From: an uncultured Nitrososphaeraceae archaeon | Lineage (GTDB): Archaea > Thermoproteota > Nitrososphaeria > Nitrososphaerales > Nitrososphaeraceae | Direction of reading: 5' to 3' | Length of the DNA: 64,000 nucleotides | NCBI GenBank assembly: GCA_963765895.1 | Contig: CAVXZB010000084.1 | Location: 320,001-384,000 of the forward strand | In this document: in pieces, positions 45,660-57,245 of the stretch | Position numbering within the stretch: the stretch's first letter is position 1 | Layout of the letters: the number at the start of each line of letters is the position of its first letter | The notes under the pieces: generated by a model | Told to the model about the DNA's origin: nothing | Database searches by the model: none | What the model saw: the letters and a program-made list of their open reading frames with translations, nothing else | Position numbers and translations under genes: made by a program

Positions 45660-46388
45660 TTAGTAAATGAATATTCTGCGTGCATGTGGCTTATAAGGCT
45701 TCGTCAGAGTCGTCAATATGAGTCGTCAGATTGAGTGTCATATTCGATGTCGATTTCGTCACAGAATCTTTGTTGATCACAAGCACGATAGTAGCAGTAT
45801 AGAAAACAGCTACGGATTTATCATCAACTATCAATATTAGGCCTTGATGCGCTCTGAAACAAGTTGTATTTAACGATATAGTTCAATTTGTGATGTCCTG
45901 AGCCTCGCTATGGTTGGTCCTATCAGATGACAATCTATTTCATGATACCCGTAATTAACTATAAACTTCTATTCATTAACATAATTTCGTCTAGTCAATC
46001 AACTCATCTTCTATCTGTTTACTGCCTTGTCGTTACACATAATTATATTAAGCAGTATTTCACTAATAGACATAGCACAGTCTCCGTAAGAAGGAACATT
46101 TAACAGCGCCTTCAGATGGGAACATACTAAATATAATAGAGGCACATGGGGGATCAATCTCGGGCAAGAATAATATAGATAAAAAAAAGAATCTACCTTT
46201 TACTTTAGGCTTCCGTTACAACGAAAACCAATTGAAGAGATTGAACCAAATACTACTACAAACCAAGATACTATATCCTAAAAGGTAATAACTTCTGCTA
46301 GATTAAGGATAAATTGAAAATCCCGAAGTAATAGCTACGTATATCGTCTACTGGCTGGCATAGCTCGGATAGTATTGAGGTTCTTCAT

Positions 46389-47336
46389 GGCTATGTAGAA
46401 AACATCATCAATATTACAAGATTAGTCAGTCTATGCATATTGTAGGTGATACATCTAAATGATAACTCTCTGTTCTGCATTCTAGTCAATCTAGACATAA
46501 GATGCTCTCCAAATAGTCGTTTTATGACTGATATTATGGTTTCATCTTTGTTTCGTTGATTGTACAGCAATTTGGAGTAACCACGCTTCATCTGCTTTCT
46601 GTACTTACCATGTGTTCTCCACATCGGTACATGTTCATATCGAGCAGGAATAATACTGAATGCATGTAAGTCCTCTCTTACGAGAAGGTGATTATCTTCA
46701 CTATCGTAACCCTTATCAGCTGTAACTACAGATAATGGAAGAATATTTGATGTCCTTGTTATAATTGGCCTGAAATCTACATTATCATGCCTTGTTGGAG
46801 CTCGTCTTATCTTAATTGTACATATGATTTGTTGTAATACATCTACTCCAATAGATAATTTCGCATATTTTCTTCTCAATTCTGTTCGATCAGTATAATA
46901 TTGTGATGCATGAGTTATCTTAAATCCTGTTGAATCTATTCCTGCAAAGATATGCTTGGTACCACTAATTACAATGAATGACGAAATTATCTTTTCAAGC
47001 AATGAATTATTGATTCTATCTGTAAACTTTTGCAATGTTGTAAAATGAGGAATACGTGACAACCGTAGAAATGACCTTAGGTAATAGGCTTCAATTAACC
47101 ACTCGACAAACATTCTATAACTCTTACCTTCATACTGTCGTATAGCAACTAGAACTATGTGCTGCCATATTGTAAATATGTGATTACTTTTCCTGTTAGA
47201 AAATAGAGGAATCCTTGCATGCTTCAAAACACGGAACATAGTACCTGCAAGTCTGACGTACATTGATTCTTTCAATAGACTATTGGTATTATACTCTTAC
47301 AAAGCTTTGACTGTATGAGATGGTTTCTACACAGCC
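46389..47336 (-). mobile_element. Intact IS5-family (IS903-like) insertion sequence, 948 bp
   Basis: TIRs ggctatgtagaaa / tttctacacagcc. Perfect 9-bp TSD gttcttcat (46380-46388 and 47337-47345). Confidence 0.93.
46391..47275 (-). CDS. IS5-family DDE transposase
   Basis: IPHFTTL, IDSTGF, ADKGYDS, YNQRNKDETIISVIKR. Confidence 0.92.
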   Translation of the reverse strand: MKESMYVRLAGTMFRVLKHARIPLFSNRKSNHIFTIWQHIVLVAIRQYEGKSYRMFVEWLIEAYYLRSFLRLSRIPHFTTLQKFTDRINNSLLEKIISSFIVISGTKHIFAGIDSTGFKITHASQYYTDRTELRRKYAKLSIGVDVLQQIICTIKIRRAPTRHDNVDFRPIITRTSNILPLSVVTADKGYDSEDNHLLVREDLHAFSIIPARYEHVPMWRTHGKYRKQMKRGYSKLLYNQRNKDETIISVIKRLFGEHLMSRLTRMQNRELSFRCITYNMHRLTNLVILMMFST

Positions 47337-47613
47337 GTTCTTCATATAAGTCTCTTCCTTGTGCTACTTAAGTCTTGGTTAATACCTTCCAAGAAGTATC
47401 GAGTTTCCAACACAGTTATCGAGCTCATTGCCATACCCAGCCCGGTGAGCATGATAAGCCATTCAAATACTTCAACACCAGTAAATGGTACTAATACTGA
47501 TATTCTCTGCAATTTGGACGAGGGCAAGTATTATAAAAAGTGTATAGTGATAAAAATAAATAGGACTTTTCCAGTATAGGTTATGTTATGCATTATCTAC
47601 GCTATGTTCTGCC

Positions 47614-47921
47614 TTAGCCTACGCCGCCTAAATTCTCAACGGTGTTTGTAGAGTTATCGTTGCAGGATGCACTAATGGCAGAAGATGCACCAGCAGTTTT
47701 CACAATCTCCATGTTGAGTAGTCTGGGTTGGTAGCGAAATACCTGAGCCAGTTGATGTGCCTGGGTCACCGCCTCCGTTGCCGCCGGCAATAGTAAGTGT
47801 TTGAATATTTTGTGCTGGAGCAGGCTATGTTACTAATGCTGCGACAGTGCCTGTTACTACCAATATAGGCACCAGCTGCTATTATGAGTAATTTATAAGA
47901 CGTTGTGCAGTTTATTATCAT
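47614..47921 (-). pseudogene. Degenerate secreted Gly-rich peptide gene
   Basis: MIINCTTSYKLLIIAA..LVVTGTVAALVT*PAPAQ...IAGGNGGGDPG...ASCNDNST; compare GCNDSN of member 6. Confidence 0.45.
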
Positions 47922-48418
47922 TTAATTGAACTATATATACTAGCACTATATTTCTGGGTTCGAAACAATTACTAAGCTGTATTTAGCTATGATAATAGAC
48001 TCTTATCTTATTCCTGTTAGTAAATAATATTGTGATATGCTAGAATTGAGTATACGTCTAAATACTAAAGCCTTGGGATTTCTCTTAGCTATACCCTTTG
48101 AACCTCAAAAATCAAATCACGTAATAAAGTAATATTATATTAACCAGAATTCAATATTAGAATTAAGGTTCTGACGACAGTTGTTTCAAATTTACATAGA
48201 GTCCTCATTTTACCAATATTGTATAAATATACAAATATTTAAGTGAATATTATACTATTGATTTTCTGATGTAAGAGTCAACCTCTATAAAATAGTGGCA
48301 TTACAATTTAGTGTTCTCTTTATTATAATTGCGATACCAATTGCAACCTATCAGGTAAGCTAGATACCAATTATGTCATAAAATTGTGAAGATTAGTTTG
48401 TACTTGTTATAGATGGTA

Positions 48419-49009
48419 TTAGGATTCCATTGCGTGAGCTTTCTTCCTTCTGATATAGACCGTGCCTGCTACCCCAGATATAATCGAGACGACAATAAGC
48501 ACGATTACTACTGATACTGAACTAAATGGTTCTGAAGGAGTAAAAAATGACATAAATGGGCTGACGACTGTTATTGGAAAGGTAAAAGTAATGTTTTGGT
48601 TATTATATGATGTATCATATACGTCAACATCTAGTGAGTATATCCCACTCTGATTAAATGTGTATGGAAATGTGAAATGGCCATATGTTACTGATATAGG
48701 ATTTGTTCTTGTTAATTCGGAGCCTCCTTTTGATATTCTGATCACAATTGGAATATCGACCAATTCATCTCCTTCGACGCTCCCAATCCTTAATTGAATT
48801 TTGGAATTTGTATTTACAACTGGATTTTGTGGAAGGGTTTTCATCTCCATATCGTAATTACCTATCCTCTGACGAATTGCGCCTTTAATAGTATCTGCAA
48901 AGACAACCCTTTGTTCCACAAGTGTCATACTTACTAAAAGTAGAAAAAGTAATAAAGACGTCATTGAGGCATACAGGCCAAGTAAATGATTGGGATTCCT
49001 ATAATACAT
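48419..49009 (-). CDS. Secreted Ig-like (YtkA-like) protein with C-terminal TM anchor
   Basis: Signal peptide ending VVFA; GHFTFPYTFNQSGIYSL; TM helix followed by RRKK. Confidence 0.7.
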   Translation of the reverse strand: MYYRNPNHLLGLYASMTSLLLFLLLVSMTLVEQRVVFADTIKGAIRQRIGNYDMEMKTLPQNPVVNTNSKIQLRIGSVEGDELVDIPIVIRISKGGSELTRTNPISVTYGHFTFPYTFNQSGIYSLDVDVYDTSYNNQNITFTFPITVVSPFMSFFTPSEPFSSVSVVIVLIVVSIISGVAGTVYIRRKKAHAMES

Positions 49010-49045
49010 AACTAACTATAAACATTTATGGAAAAAGAGTTCTTA

Positions 49046-49625
49046 TCACATTTGATCCATAATACCGATGTAGTTATCCACAATCTTGTCTAAAAAGGCA
49101 TCCTTGTATATCACCAATATCTTCTTGACCTCCCTGCTATCAACAATTGTATAATGCTGGGAGCGATCTCCAAGTGACACAGAGATAATTCCTGCGTCCC
49201 GTAACCTATTGAGATGCCAAGATATCGTTGAAGGTGCCTTTCCGCTGTTTTCAACGATTTCGCCAAACTGTACAATGATCGTGTTCTAGTATGAATAGTA
49301 TGAGCTGCCTTGATACCTTGTTTTTCATCTGACCTATCAGATAGGTATCTTCATCAGGAACGCCTGTAAGATAATATCGTGTTATTTTATTTTTTCTTCT
49401 ATCCGCTCTTATTTTTCCTATTCTTTCAAGTATAGAAAGATGATAAGTTAATACACCATTGCCGAGATGAAAAATTCGCAGTAACTCTCTATATCTGACT
49501 CCTGGATTTCGGTCAATACATGCTAGAAGTGATACATCGATGTCATTCCGGAATTCTTGTATAGTATGAGCACCTTGTTCGAGAATATGTATTGATCCGT
49601 TGGAGGGGTCAGATACCAAATTCAT
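49046..49625 (-). CDS. Tandem winged-helix (ArsR-like) regulator; frameshift near 49268
   Basis: NPGVRYRELLR...GVLTYHLSILE. The second wHTH, FGEIVENSGKAPSTISWHLNRLRDAGII, lies in the other frame and runs to the stop at 49046. Confidence 0.8.
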
Positions 49626-50039
49626 AATTTCTTATTACTCACCCTAAATACTCCAATTCCAAACAATGTTAACATAGCGAAAAGAATTACATGAGGGCAG
49701 CTCAATCCGCACAACAGGTATAATAATATCCTCAATATTTACTGTTGCGAATAAAAGATAAAGACATTCGATTACCACGAGAGACAAAAAGCCTAATGCC
49801 ATAAATAAGAGCCTGCTGGAACTATTCCTCTTGTAGGCAAGGATGGCCACGATACCCAGGAAAATAGATATGATAAGACTTACCAAGTGAAGTAGAATAT
49901 GGTAGATCATGTAGACATGACCTAGATGTGGCAATATAACCGGGACTGCCAATGCTCCCACTACGACAATTGATATAAGTGCTAGTAGTTTGGGCTTGCT
50001 TTCAATAAAATTAAACGTAGTAGCCCTACTAGATTGCAT
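49622..50039 (-). CDS. His-containing 4-TM membrane protein, translationally coupled to the wHTH regulator
   Basis: PHLGHVYMIYHILLH. The corrected C-terminus ELPHVILFAMLTLFGIGVFR...KL* overlaps the next ATG (ATGA). Confidence 0.7.
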
Positions 50040-50114
50040 ACCAAGATATTAGGCCCTATGGCTAATTTAAGCGATATGGTACAAATATCGAACCCAGAAA
50101 ATGAATGAACTACA

Positions 50115-50500
50115 GACATTCTCTCTGGCTAAAGCACAGAGGCACTAAGGTCTCTTGTTTCTTAGAGTTACCGCTTTAGGCGTATCAGTGCTCGCCTTTC
50201 AATGTATCTAGTCTTTCCACATCGAATTGATCTCTGCCTATAACGCAATAGGATATTGGCTTATCAATATTGAATGACCCGTTAACGTCTGCATGATCAA
50301 CGTGTCCGTCTGAACGTTCAAATTTTTTATCATTCCTTTTGCACATATGTCCGTAGCGGCTGCACATTCAAGAACGATAGCACGGATCGATATATTCAAC
50401 CATTACGCCTTACAGTTTGGCCTTGTACTTTACAAACTTTGAAGTTGATAGAACGACCAACTGTTCAAGGAATATCGGAAGTTTCTTCCATATTTCTTAT
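50115..50500 (-). mobile_element. IS200/IS605-family TnpB 3' remnant with right end
   Basis: LNSWSFYQL, VKYKAKL*GVMVEYIDP, CSRYGH, HADVNGSFNI, and a right-end-like hairpin cctctgtgctttagccagagagaatgtc. Confidence 0.75.
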
Positions 50501-50808
50501 TTTATCTAATATTCTGTATTGACAGGCATAGACTTTAATCCAGCTCAGGGTGATGTTATGGCAGGAAACTGCGAACTCTTTTAGTTTAGAAAATAATAAT
50601 TGTTATTTTTAAACTATATGTTGATCGGAGCGTAACGAATATAGAAGAAGAGTTCGAAGGTTCTTTCCTTGTTTTATTTTTATTATCCACATAACTTTAG
50701 CAGATTTTTCTCTTCTCGATAGTAATGCATAGAGAGAGACACATATCAGCAAGTACTATGAATAGAGGGTTATGATGATTATGCCGGTTATGAGGCGTAG
50801 TGTGCCTC

Positions 50809-51261
50809 CTACTTTGCAACATCTTTTTGACCAAAAATCTTACTCGGCTTGACCCTTATTAGTAATTCTCCCTTACCGCTATTTCTTTTACCGTAAACTT
50901 CAGCATTATTTCTTCCCATATATCTCTCTGCTATCTTGGTTGCCCATTTTAAAAGCTCTTCTGGCTGCACGCTTATTTCAGCAATACCCTCTACGATTAC
51001 AAACGAATAAAGTGGAGTTTGATCATCAACAGAGATACTCACTCTATGATCACGCAGAATGTTCTTTGCCTTTAGAGAGGTATGGCCAGTCGTAAAGACT
51101 ATATCTTTAGTGTCTTCATCCAACACAAACCAAACAGGAGCTATATGAGGTCTACCGTCAGCTCTGACGGTTGCAACCTTACCTGTAAAAGTTCCATGTC
51201 TCAGAAAATGATTCAATTCGTCTATGCTCATTTCCATTAACTTCCTCTCGAAATGATACAA
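50809..51261 (-). CDS. PPOX-class F420-dependent oxidoreductase
   Basis: GKVATVRADGRPHIAPVWF, KAKNILRDHRVSISVDD, VIVEGIAE. Confidence 0.9.
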   Translation of the reverse strand: MYHFERKLMEMSIDELNHFLRHGTFTGKVATVRADGRPHIAPVWFVLDEDTKDIVFTTGHTSLKAKNILRDHRVSISVDDQTPLYSFVIVEGIAEISVQPEELLKWATKIAERYMGRNNAEVYGKRNSGKGELLIRVKPSKIFGQKDVAK

Positions 51262-51562
51262 TCTGAATGTTGCTCTTTTGATTAGCTTTAGAAGCTTTAG
51301 TATAGGTACATATTCAAATTTTCTTCTTCTTCTACTTTCTTCTTCCTCTTTCTTTCTTCTACTTTTACTTCTTCTTCTAGACTTTAGTTAATCAGCGTTT
51401 ATGAATCAAAATAAGAAATCACATTTTTGGGCATGCAGAAAAGTATGATAAGCATCAGTACATAAAGAAGATCCAGCGCCCAGCCGGATGCTAGAGTGGT
51501 CTTGAGAAGACACAGATGGCAAATACTTTAATTGTTGATGCATTTCTTCATCTTCAAAACAC

Positions 51563-52279
51563 ATGAATAAATTAAGTACTTGGCTTCCTCCTCTATTCGT
51601 GTTCATATTTTGCTACATATTATATCAAGCTCCTTGTTTATATTTTAATGTCAATGCTCACATTTTTGTTTCTAGTGATGATAACGCCTCATTTCTTACG
51701 TTAATCGAAAGAGTAAGAATAGAAGCGCTGTTAGCAAATGAATCACTTCATTCCAACCTAACTTCGTCCAATGAACATCTAGCTCAGCTATTAGATAGGC
51801 TAGATGATGTTATCGACAATGAGAACTATTTTGTAGTTAAGAGCGAACAATTTAATAATTCTACAGTTGATGCATTGTTCCTGGCTAATATTGTAGATGA
51901 AATATTACAGTACTATGGTGGGGCATACGGAATACTACCAAGTGTCATGTCGAACATGTCCTCAATGTCCGCAATGGCTTCTTCTATGCCGACCAATCTA
52001 GGTATCCATAGCGTTAACGCTAGTCGAGTTTTTGATATAGACAAATATCAAACAGCCAAGCAATATGCAAGCAGGGCGGTAGAAATATTTGATGCAGAAT
52101 TAAAACCTTATGAAACTAAGAAGAATAGTATTGCTGCTGGAGAAGTTGAAAAGTATCTTACAGAATTGAAAAATGCTGTAGACAATAAAGCTCCACCTTT
52201 AGACATAATGATGATAGTCCATACCAAAATACACCCAAACTTGCAATTGGCGTATGATCTCAAGGTTAGAAATAAGTAA
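51563..52279 (+). CDS. Secreted helical protein with predicted N-terminal His and Met-rich loop
   Basis: Signal peptide ending VNA|HIF; MSNMSSMSAMASSM; MMIVHTKIHPNL. Paralogous to 55868-56701. Confidence 0.75.
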   Translation: MNKLSTWLPPLFVFIFCYILYQAPCLYFNVNAHIFVSSDDNASFLTLIERVRIEALLANESLHSNLTSSNEHLAQLLDRLDDVIDNENYFVVKSEQFNNSTVDALFLANIVDEILQYYGGAYGILPSVMSNMSSMSAMASSMPTNLGIHSVNASRVFDIDKYQTAKQYASRAVEIFDAELKPYETKKNSIAAGEVEKYLTELKNAVDNKAPPLDIMMIVHTKIHPNLQLAYDLKVRNK

Positions 52280-52814
52280 TAAAGCTACGAAATAATCATT
52301 TCATAGATTGCATTGTGTTATTGGTACCTCAGTTGACATCTCCATATAGGACAGCAATATACCGGGCTTGTTTATTACTAGAAGCATTTGCCAAATTCGG
52401 CTTTCCATTCTCTATAGATTCGAGACGTACCTTAGTGTATTGGAATATAGTTCAGGGTTTTTTTTAGAGACTTTTTTTATGAATACATCCACTAAACTAA
52501 AGCCAAGGAATATGTATTTATTGGCATAACCAATCCAGATACTGAAATAAAGTTTTATTTATAGTGTTTTTTCTTAATGTCTCAATCAAGCCGTTGCCAT
52601 TCGTTCATAAAAAGATACGTTGAATTCATCTATATTACAGCCTTCCTCACTGGAGGTTATATTGGCCAATCGAGCATGGTTTTTACCTTTGAACACCAAA
52701 GTGAATTCGAGATGTCAATTAAAGATCTTATATGTAGCCGAAATATAGTGACAATAGGAAATTTGGAATAATTATAACTCTTTTGACAATATACGAATGG
52801 CTCAACAACTGTTC

Positions 52815-53498
52815 TTACAATCCCTCTGGAAATGAATGCTTTGAAGGAATAGAGTTCGGAGGTTTTCCATAAATGACTGCAATCTCATCATGTGCCTTCA
52901 ACTTCACATCCTTGTAATTTATACTGCTGGGTACTTTATTACCATTCACATAAACCATTGGTACTAGTTTTCCTCCTAGGATTTCCTCAAATGAACTAGA
53001 ATTATTCAATTTGCTCTTCCAGATTTGGAAGAATTGACCTAGCGTAAAATCCCTCTTTAACGGTGATTCGATATGTATAATGCCGGTACTATCGTGCGTA
53101 TGCAGCCAGTATATACATTTATCATCAACGATGCCAATTTGTGGAGGAATATAGATAGAGTGACCGTTAACAAAGACGTCAAGATGAGCATGTATATGAA
53201 ACTGCAACTGTTCCATTGTATTGCACGGTATGCCATCTATCGTTAAGCCATTTTGAGAATTTGAATTTATGCCCATAGTAGAATAAACGCCTACACCAGC
53301 ACTGATAGCGAGCAGAATGCCTATAGTAGCTACGATTACTAATTTTTTTGAATGGAGGATTGATCTAGTTTTATCGCGTCCAATCGCCTCCAACTTACTT
53401 GTGTCCTTGTGAGTGGAATCCTTATGTTTTTCCAATGCTTTACTTGAATCAAATGATTTCCCACAAACATCACAGGGTATTGTTTTTTTGTCTACCAT
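52815..53498 (-). CDS. C2H2 zinc finger + TM + extracellular His-rich domain protein
   Basis: CDVCGKSF...LEKHKDSTH; TM helix; FHIHAHLDVF...CIYWLHTHDSTGIIHIESP. Confidence 0.8.
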   Translation of the reverse strand: MVDKKTIPCDVCGKSFDSSKALEKHKDSTHKDTSKLEAIGRDKTRSILHSKKLVIVATIGILLAISAGVGVYSTMGINSNSQNGLTIDGIPCNTMEQLQFHIHAHLDVFVNGHSIYIPPQIGIVDDKCIYWLHTHDSTGIIHIESPLKRDFTLGQFFQIWKSKLNNSSSFEEILGGKLVPMVYVNGNKVPSSINYKDVKLKAHDEIAVIYGKPPNSIPSKHSFPEGL

Positions 53499-53821
53499 CG
53501 ATAATCCCGATCTTTCATCTAGTCTGTATTGAGTAAAATATAGAGGTTATGATATAGCCGTTATTGTTGGTATTGATAGACCGAAAGGTGTAAATCCACT
53601 AAATCATTTTCTGTACAAGGCCTGTTGATTGCATTGCACCATTGGTCTAAATAACATAGTCTGGTTAACTACCAGAGAATATAATGAAAACAAGATATTA
53701 TCAAACTCAAACTTATTCAATTCGCTATATCTTCGAACCTGGTATATTCGTCGAATGTACTTTAAATCGAAGAGCCAATGGAAATCAGGGATACAAAGTA
53801 TCGTAAACATAATATACGAAT

Positions 53822-54955
53822 TTGATTCATTGTAGCTATATTAGGAATATGCGGTTTAGAGGGTCTGCTTCGCTATTTTCATTTATTTTGATTAGTATCA
53901 CTCTCATTAGTTGTATGATTGTTTCGGCAGTTCATTTACCTATCTATAATCGCGCATTTGCGGATGGGTTATCACAAGAACAGATATCGGCATCCATGGG
54001 TTCACGAAAAGCGGATTTGTTGATTAAAACAACACCTCCCGTTGTTACAACAGAAACTCTTCAGTCATCAAAACAAAAACCAATAATTGAATTTAGGTTA
54101 TTTGATTCGAATTCAAACAAATCATTCAGTCATGTAAATTATTTTATCACAATCGATAAAAATGACAAGGTACTACTATCTGACTGGTTTCATTCTCATA
54201 ACGGAGATCTTGGAATACGGATAATCCCATCTAACAGTAGTAAAATGAATTTGTCTGGAGAGCAAGAGCCACTCGTCGGTGGGTATATTGGATCATTGGA
54301 TAAACCCGTTATTGCTGAGGGACCCATCTTTATAAATGGTGGATTGTATCACTTTACTGTACGAGTTGGTACTGTGGATTGCGATACCTGCATACTACCG
54401 GCTGAACAACAGCATCTCTATGATAGTTGGTTGAGCATTGGAAGTGTATTGAACAGTCAGGTCACTCTTAGTGACAAACAAATTCCAGTGAAGGTTATAT
54501 CATATTATGATAAATTGAAGAATTTTTCGTTTGATAATAAAACTATGCAAATGCAATTTACCATGCCATTTAACTGGAACATTAAGCGGATAAATAACAC
54601 AAATATTTTTGTTCATCAAGAAGTATACGTTCCAAAATCCAACGCTTTTACTAGTACCGGATCATTTATAGGAAAAGTAAACGGAGTGGATGTCTCAAAA
54701 CAGCTAGTAGTAGATAATAGTAACCCAGGTAGGGATGTGATTCATGTGATGTTACCAAAGGATACTGTCCTTAAAATAGCTGATCAAGTCAATGGAAATA
54801 AGCAGCAGACTATTCATAGTGGAACTGAGAAGATTATGAGCTTTGAACTTCAGCCTAGTGCGAAGGCTTCCACCACAACAACCGGAAATATGTCTATGTC
54901 AATGGGTTCAATGGGTTCGATGGGATCAATGTCTTCAGGTTCTGCTTCACGATAG
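53822..54955 (+). CDS. Secreted protein with Met-rich C-terminal tail
   Basis: Signal peptide ending RAFA; WFHSHNG, GGLYHF, SYYD, VHQEV; tail MSMSMGSMGSMGSM. Confidence 0.78.
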   Translation: MIHCSYIRNMRFRGSASLFSFILISITLISCMIVSAVHLPIYNRAFADGLSQEQISASMGSRKADLLIKTTPPVVTTETLQSSKQKPIIEFRLFDSNSNKSFSHVNYFITIDKNDKVLLSDWFHSHNGDLGIRIIPSNSSKMNLSGEQEPLVGGYIGSLDKPVIAEGPIFINGGLYHFTVRVGTVDCDTCILPAEQQHLYDSWLSIGSVLNSQVTLSDKQIPVKVISYYDKLKNFSFDNKTMQMQFTMPFNWNIKRINNTNIFVHQEVYVPKSNAFTSTGSFIGKVNGVDVSKQLVVDNSNPGRDVIHVMLPKDTVLKIADQVNGNKQQTIHSGTEKIMSFELQPSAKASTTTTGNMSMSMGSMGSMGSMSSGSASR

Positions 54956-55035
54956 ACATATTCTGATAGGAACTCAGAATTCTATGTATCTTCTCTTGCC
55001 CTTGTACTATCAACGAAAACGACAATAGAGGCACA

Positions 55036-55710
55036 TTATCTTGAAACCTTTTGCCTACGCTGTACTACTAGTAAGAGTGATACAGCCACTACAGCAATAA
55101 TAATTCCCGCGATTATTATTAAACTGAAAGAGGGTGTAGGGGCAGTAATTGTGCCAAAGGGCTGAAACGGCACATTCACCTTGAATGATCCGAGTGTTGA
55201 CAAACTGTTTGAATCTACTCTAGTCATAACCTGATAGACACCTGAGTCTGGGAAAAAATAGTTCACACTAAAATCTCCATTCGAAGATGAAATATTGTCG
55301 AATTTGAATATTCGCATTTGGCCGCTGCTGTTGGTTGTGACAACTACCCGTGCATGAAGATCGTTAATATTTTTGGAATTAGATATATTCTGGACTGTAA
55401 ATCTTAGTTGAGTTTTGGCATCAACTACAGGTGATTGAGGTATATTGTTAAATTGAATCCTCATGTTATTTATTTTGTCGACCCACTGCTGCGTATTACT
55501 TTTGGAATCATTATTGGATAAGGGGGTGGATGGAGATCGAGGTTGTCCCATGGCCAAATGCATTGAAAAGATATCATTATCTATTATATTTTGTATGAGT
55601 GATAAGTTAAGTGCAATAAATGAGAACAATATCAAAATTTTGCCTGATTTACAAAGTCTACCACAATAGCAATTTCTCTGACCACCAGAGTCGAAAGTTA
55701 AATTTTTCAA
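55036..55710 (-). CDS. Secreted Ig-like protein with C-terminal TM anchor (similar to 48419-49009)
   Basis: GDFSVNYFFPDSGVYQV; TM helix followed by RRQK. Confidence 0.7.
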   Translation of the reverse strand: MKNLTFDSGGQRNCYCGRLCKSGKILILFSFIALNLSLIQNIIDNDIFSMHLAMGQPRSPSTPLSNNDSKSNTQQWVDKINNMRIQFNNIPQSPVVDAKTQLRFTVQNISNSKNINDLHARVVVTTNSSGQMRIFKFDNISSSNGDFSVNYFFPDSGVYQVMTRVDSNSLSTLGSFKVNVPFQPFGTITAPTPSFSLIIIAGIIIAVVAVSLLLVVQRRQKVSR

Positions 55711-55867
55711 TATTATTCACGTCAATATCACGAATCAACCAGTACACTGTTATATATCTTCTCGTTGAAAGTATATTAATAGCGAAATAGGCAACATTAT
55801 AATCGATATTCTTTTAGGAGACTCAGCCTTATATATTTGGATAAAAAAATAGGATTATACTAGGTAA

Positions 55868-56701
55868 TCAGGCCTCTGTCTTCAACTTCAATCTAAATGC
55901 TGAGTCAATATTCTTTCGAATTTGGTTATCTATAATGCCCTGTATCTGATCGACTGGCTTCTTGGAGTGTATTGCTCCTTCAAGAGATTTAAGAGCAGTA
56001 CCAATTTTCAAAAATGCCGGGGAAGACGTCACATTGGATGGTGCAAGCTTCTTGGCATCATTAAACATTTGAGTTGTTTTGTTAGCTAAGGACTGTGCAC
56101 TTTGATAGTCTGCAAAATTAACGAGCTTATTATGTGGAGTGGTCTGATTCTCTTTTGCACCTTCTTCTATCCCATACGCACCACTATAGTGTTCGTTAAT
56201 CTCTCCAAGAAGATCATTCAGTGCCAGAATGTGCACAGTAGCATTCTTCATTTGATCCGGTTCAACCCTCACCGATAGTGCTTCTTGCAATAGTGCAGCA
56301 ATATTGTCGACTTTATCTTTGACTGCTGCTTGTGTTGGGGCAGGACTAGTAGAATTAACTGTCTTTTGTAAATCTTCTATACCAACATTTAGGTCATTAG
56401 CCACTCTTTTGTTTCGTTCTGAAAGTTCTTTTGTAGTATTTGCGCTGAGGTGTTCTCTAGCATCAGAAGCATGATCACGAGCCAGCGTAATGTTAGACGG
56501 GATGTTAGACTGCACTAGATGTACTTCAGACGTTAGCTGATTTGCCAATGCAAGAAAGGATGCGCTTTCTCCGCCTGAAAATGTGTGTGCGTATGCTGTT
56601 CTAGTCATAGGATAAGTTGACAGGCCGACAGAAATTAATGTAAACAACAGAATGGGAACAGTGTACCTTCTGTGGCAACTTGATACCGGTTTCTTTGTCA
56701 T
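55868..56701 (-). CDS. Secreted helical protein with predicted N-terminal His
   Basis: Signal peptide ending AYA|HTFSGGESASFL. NATVHILALNDLLGEINEHYSGAYG and DYQSAQ align with 51563-52279. Confidence 0.78.
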   Translation of the reverse strand: MTKKPVSSCHRRYTVPILLFTLISVGLSTYPMTRTAYAHTFSGGESASFLALANQLTSEVHLVQSNIPSNITLARDHASDAREHLSANTTKELSERNKRVANDLNVGIEDLQKTVNSTSPAPTQAAVKDKVDNIAALLQEALSVRVEPDQMKNATVHILALNDLLGEINEHYSGAYGIEEGAKENQTTPHNKLVNFADYQSAQSLANKTTQMFNDAKKLAPSNVTSSPAFLKIGTALKSLEGAIHSKKPVDQIQGIIDNQIRKNIDSAFRLKLKTEA

Positions 56702-57245
56702 TACTATATTTAATATTATTTATATAATAAAATAGTTTATGGTACAACAATCGAATCAGTAATTTCAATTACTTAATCTTAATTGCATAATGGACTCTTG
56801 TCAAATAAAGTGTGTATCGCATTATTTTTACACAGAATGATACCAAAGTTATATACTTTTGTTCATAAGCATTCACCTTTAACCCTGCGTCAGAATAGAA
56901 CAGTTCGAACAGACCATGTCTATAAACTAGTATAGCAATCAGGATATAATAGAAAAATTATCAGTCCCTGTATTAGCATACACCAGGAGATTAGTAAATA
57001 TTCTACATCAATTAGCATTTGGAACTTGTAGCACCACTACATGTACCTCACAAATGTAAAGTGCATCTGTGACAATATAATATAATATCTAAGGTCTGAC
57101 GTAGACCGTTAGTAGAAGGTGTCAAAGGAACATAAGAATACTAAAGGTGGGCAAAAATTTTACATTTTCGCGCCATGGGTCGTTACACGCATAGTCAGAT
57201 CAAAAAAAGTGGGTCGAAGTTACTTTCTGAAATGGATATAGTCAG

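Noticed and set aside
51320-51378. Pyrimidine-rich (ttc)n-like tract; also (gata)n runs at about 5382, 7815 and 23282
   Set aside because: Simple low-complexity or slippage microsatellites with no further structure.
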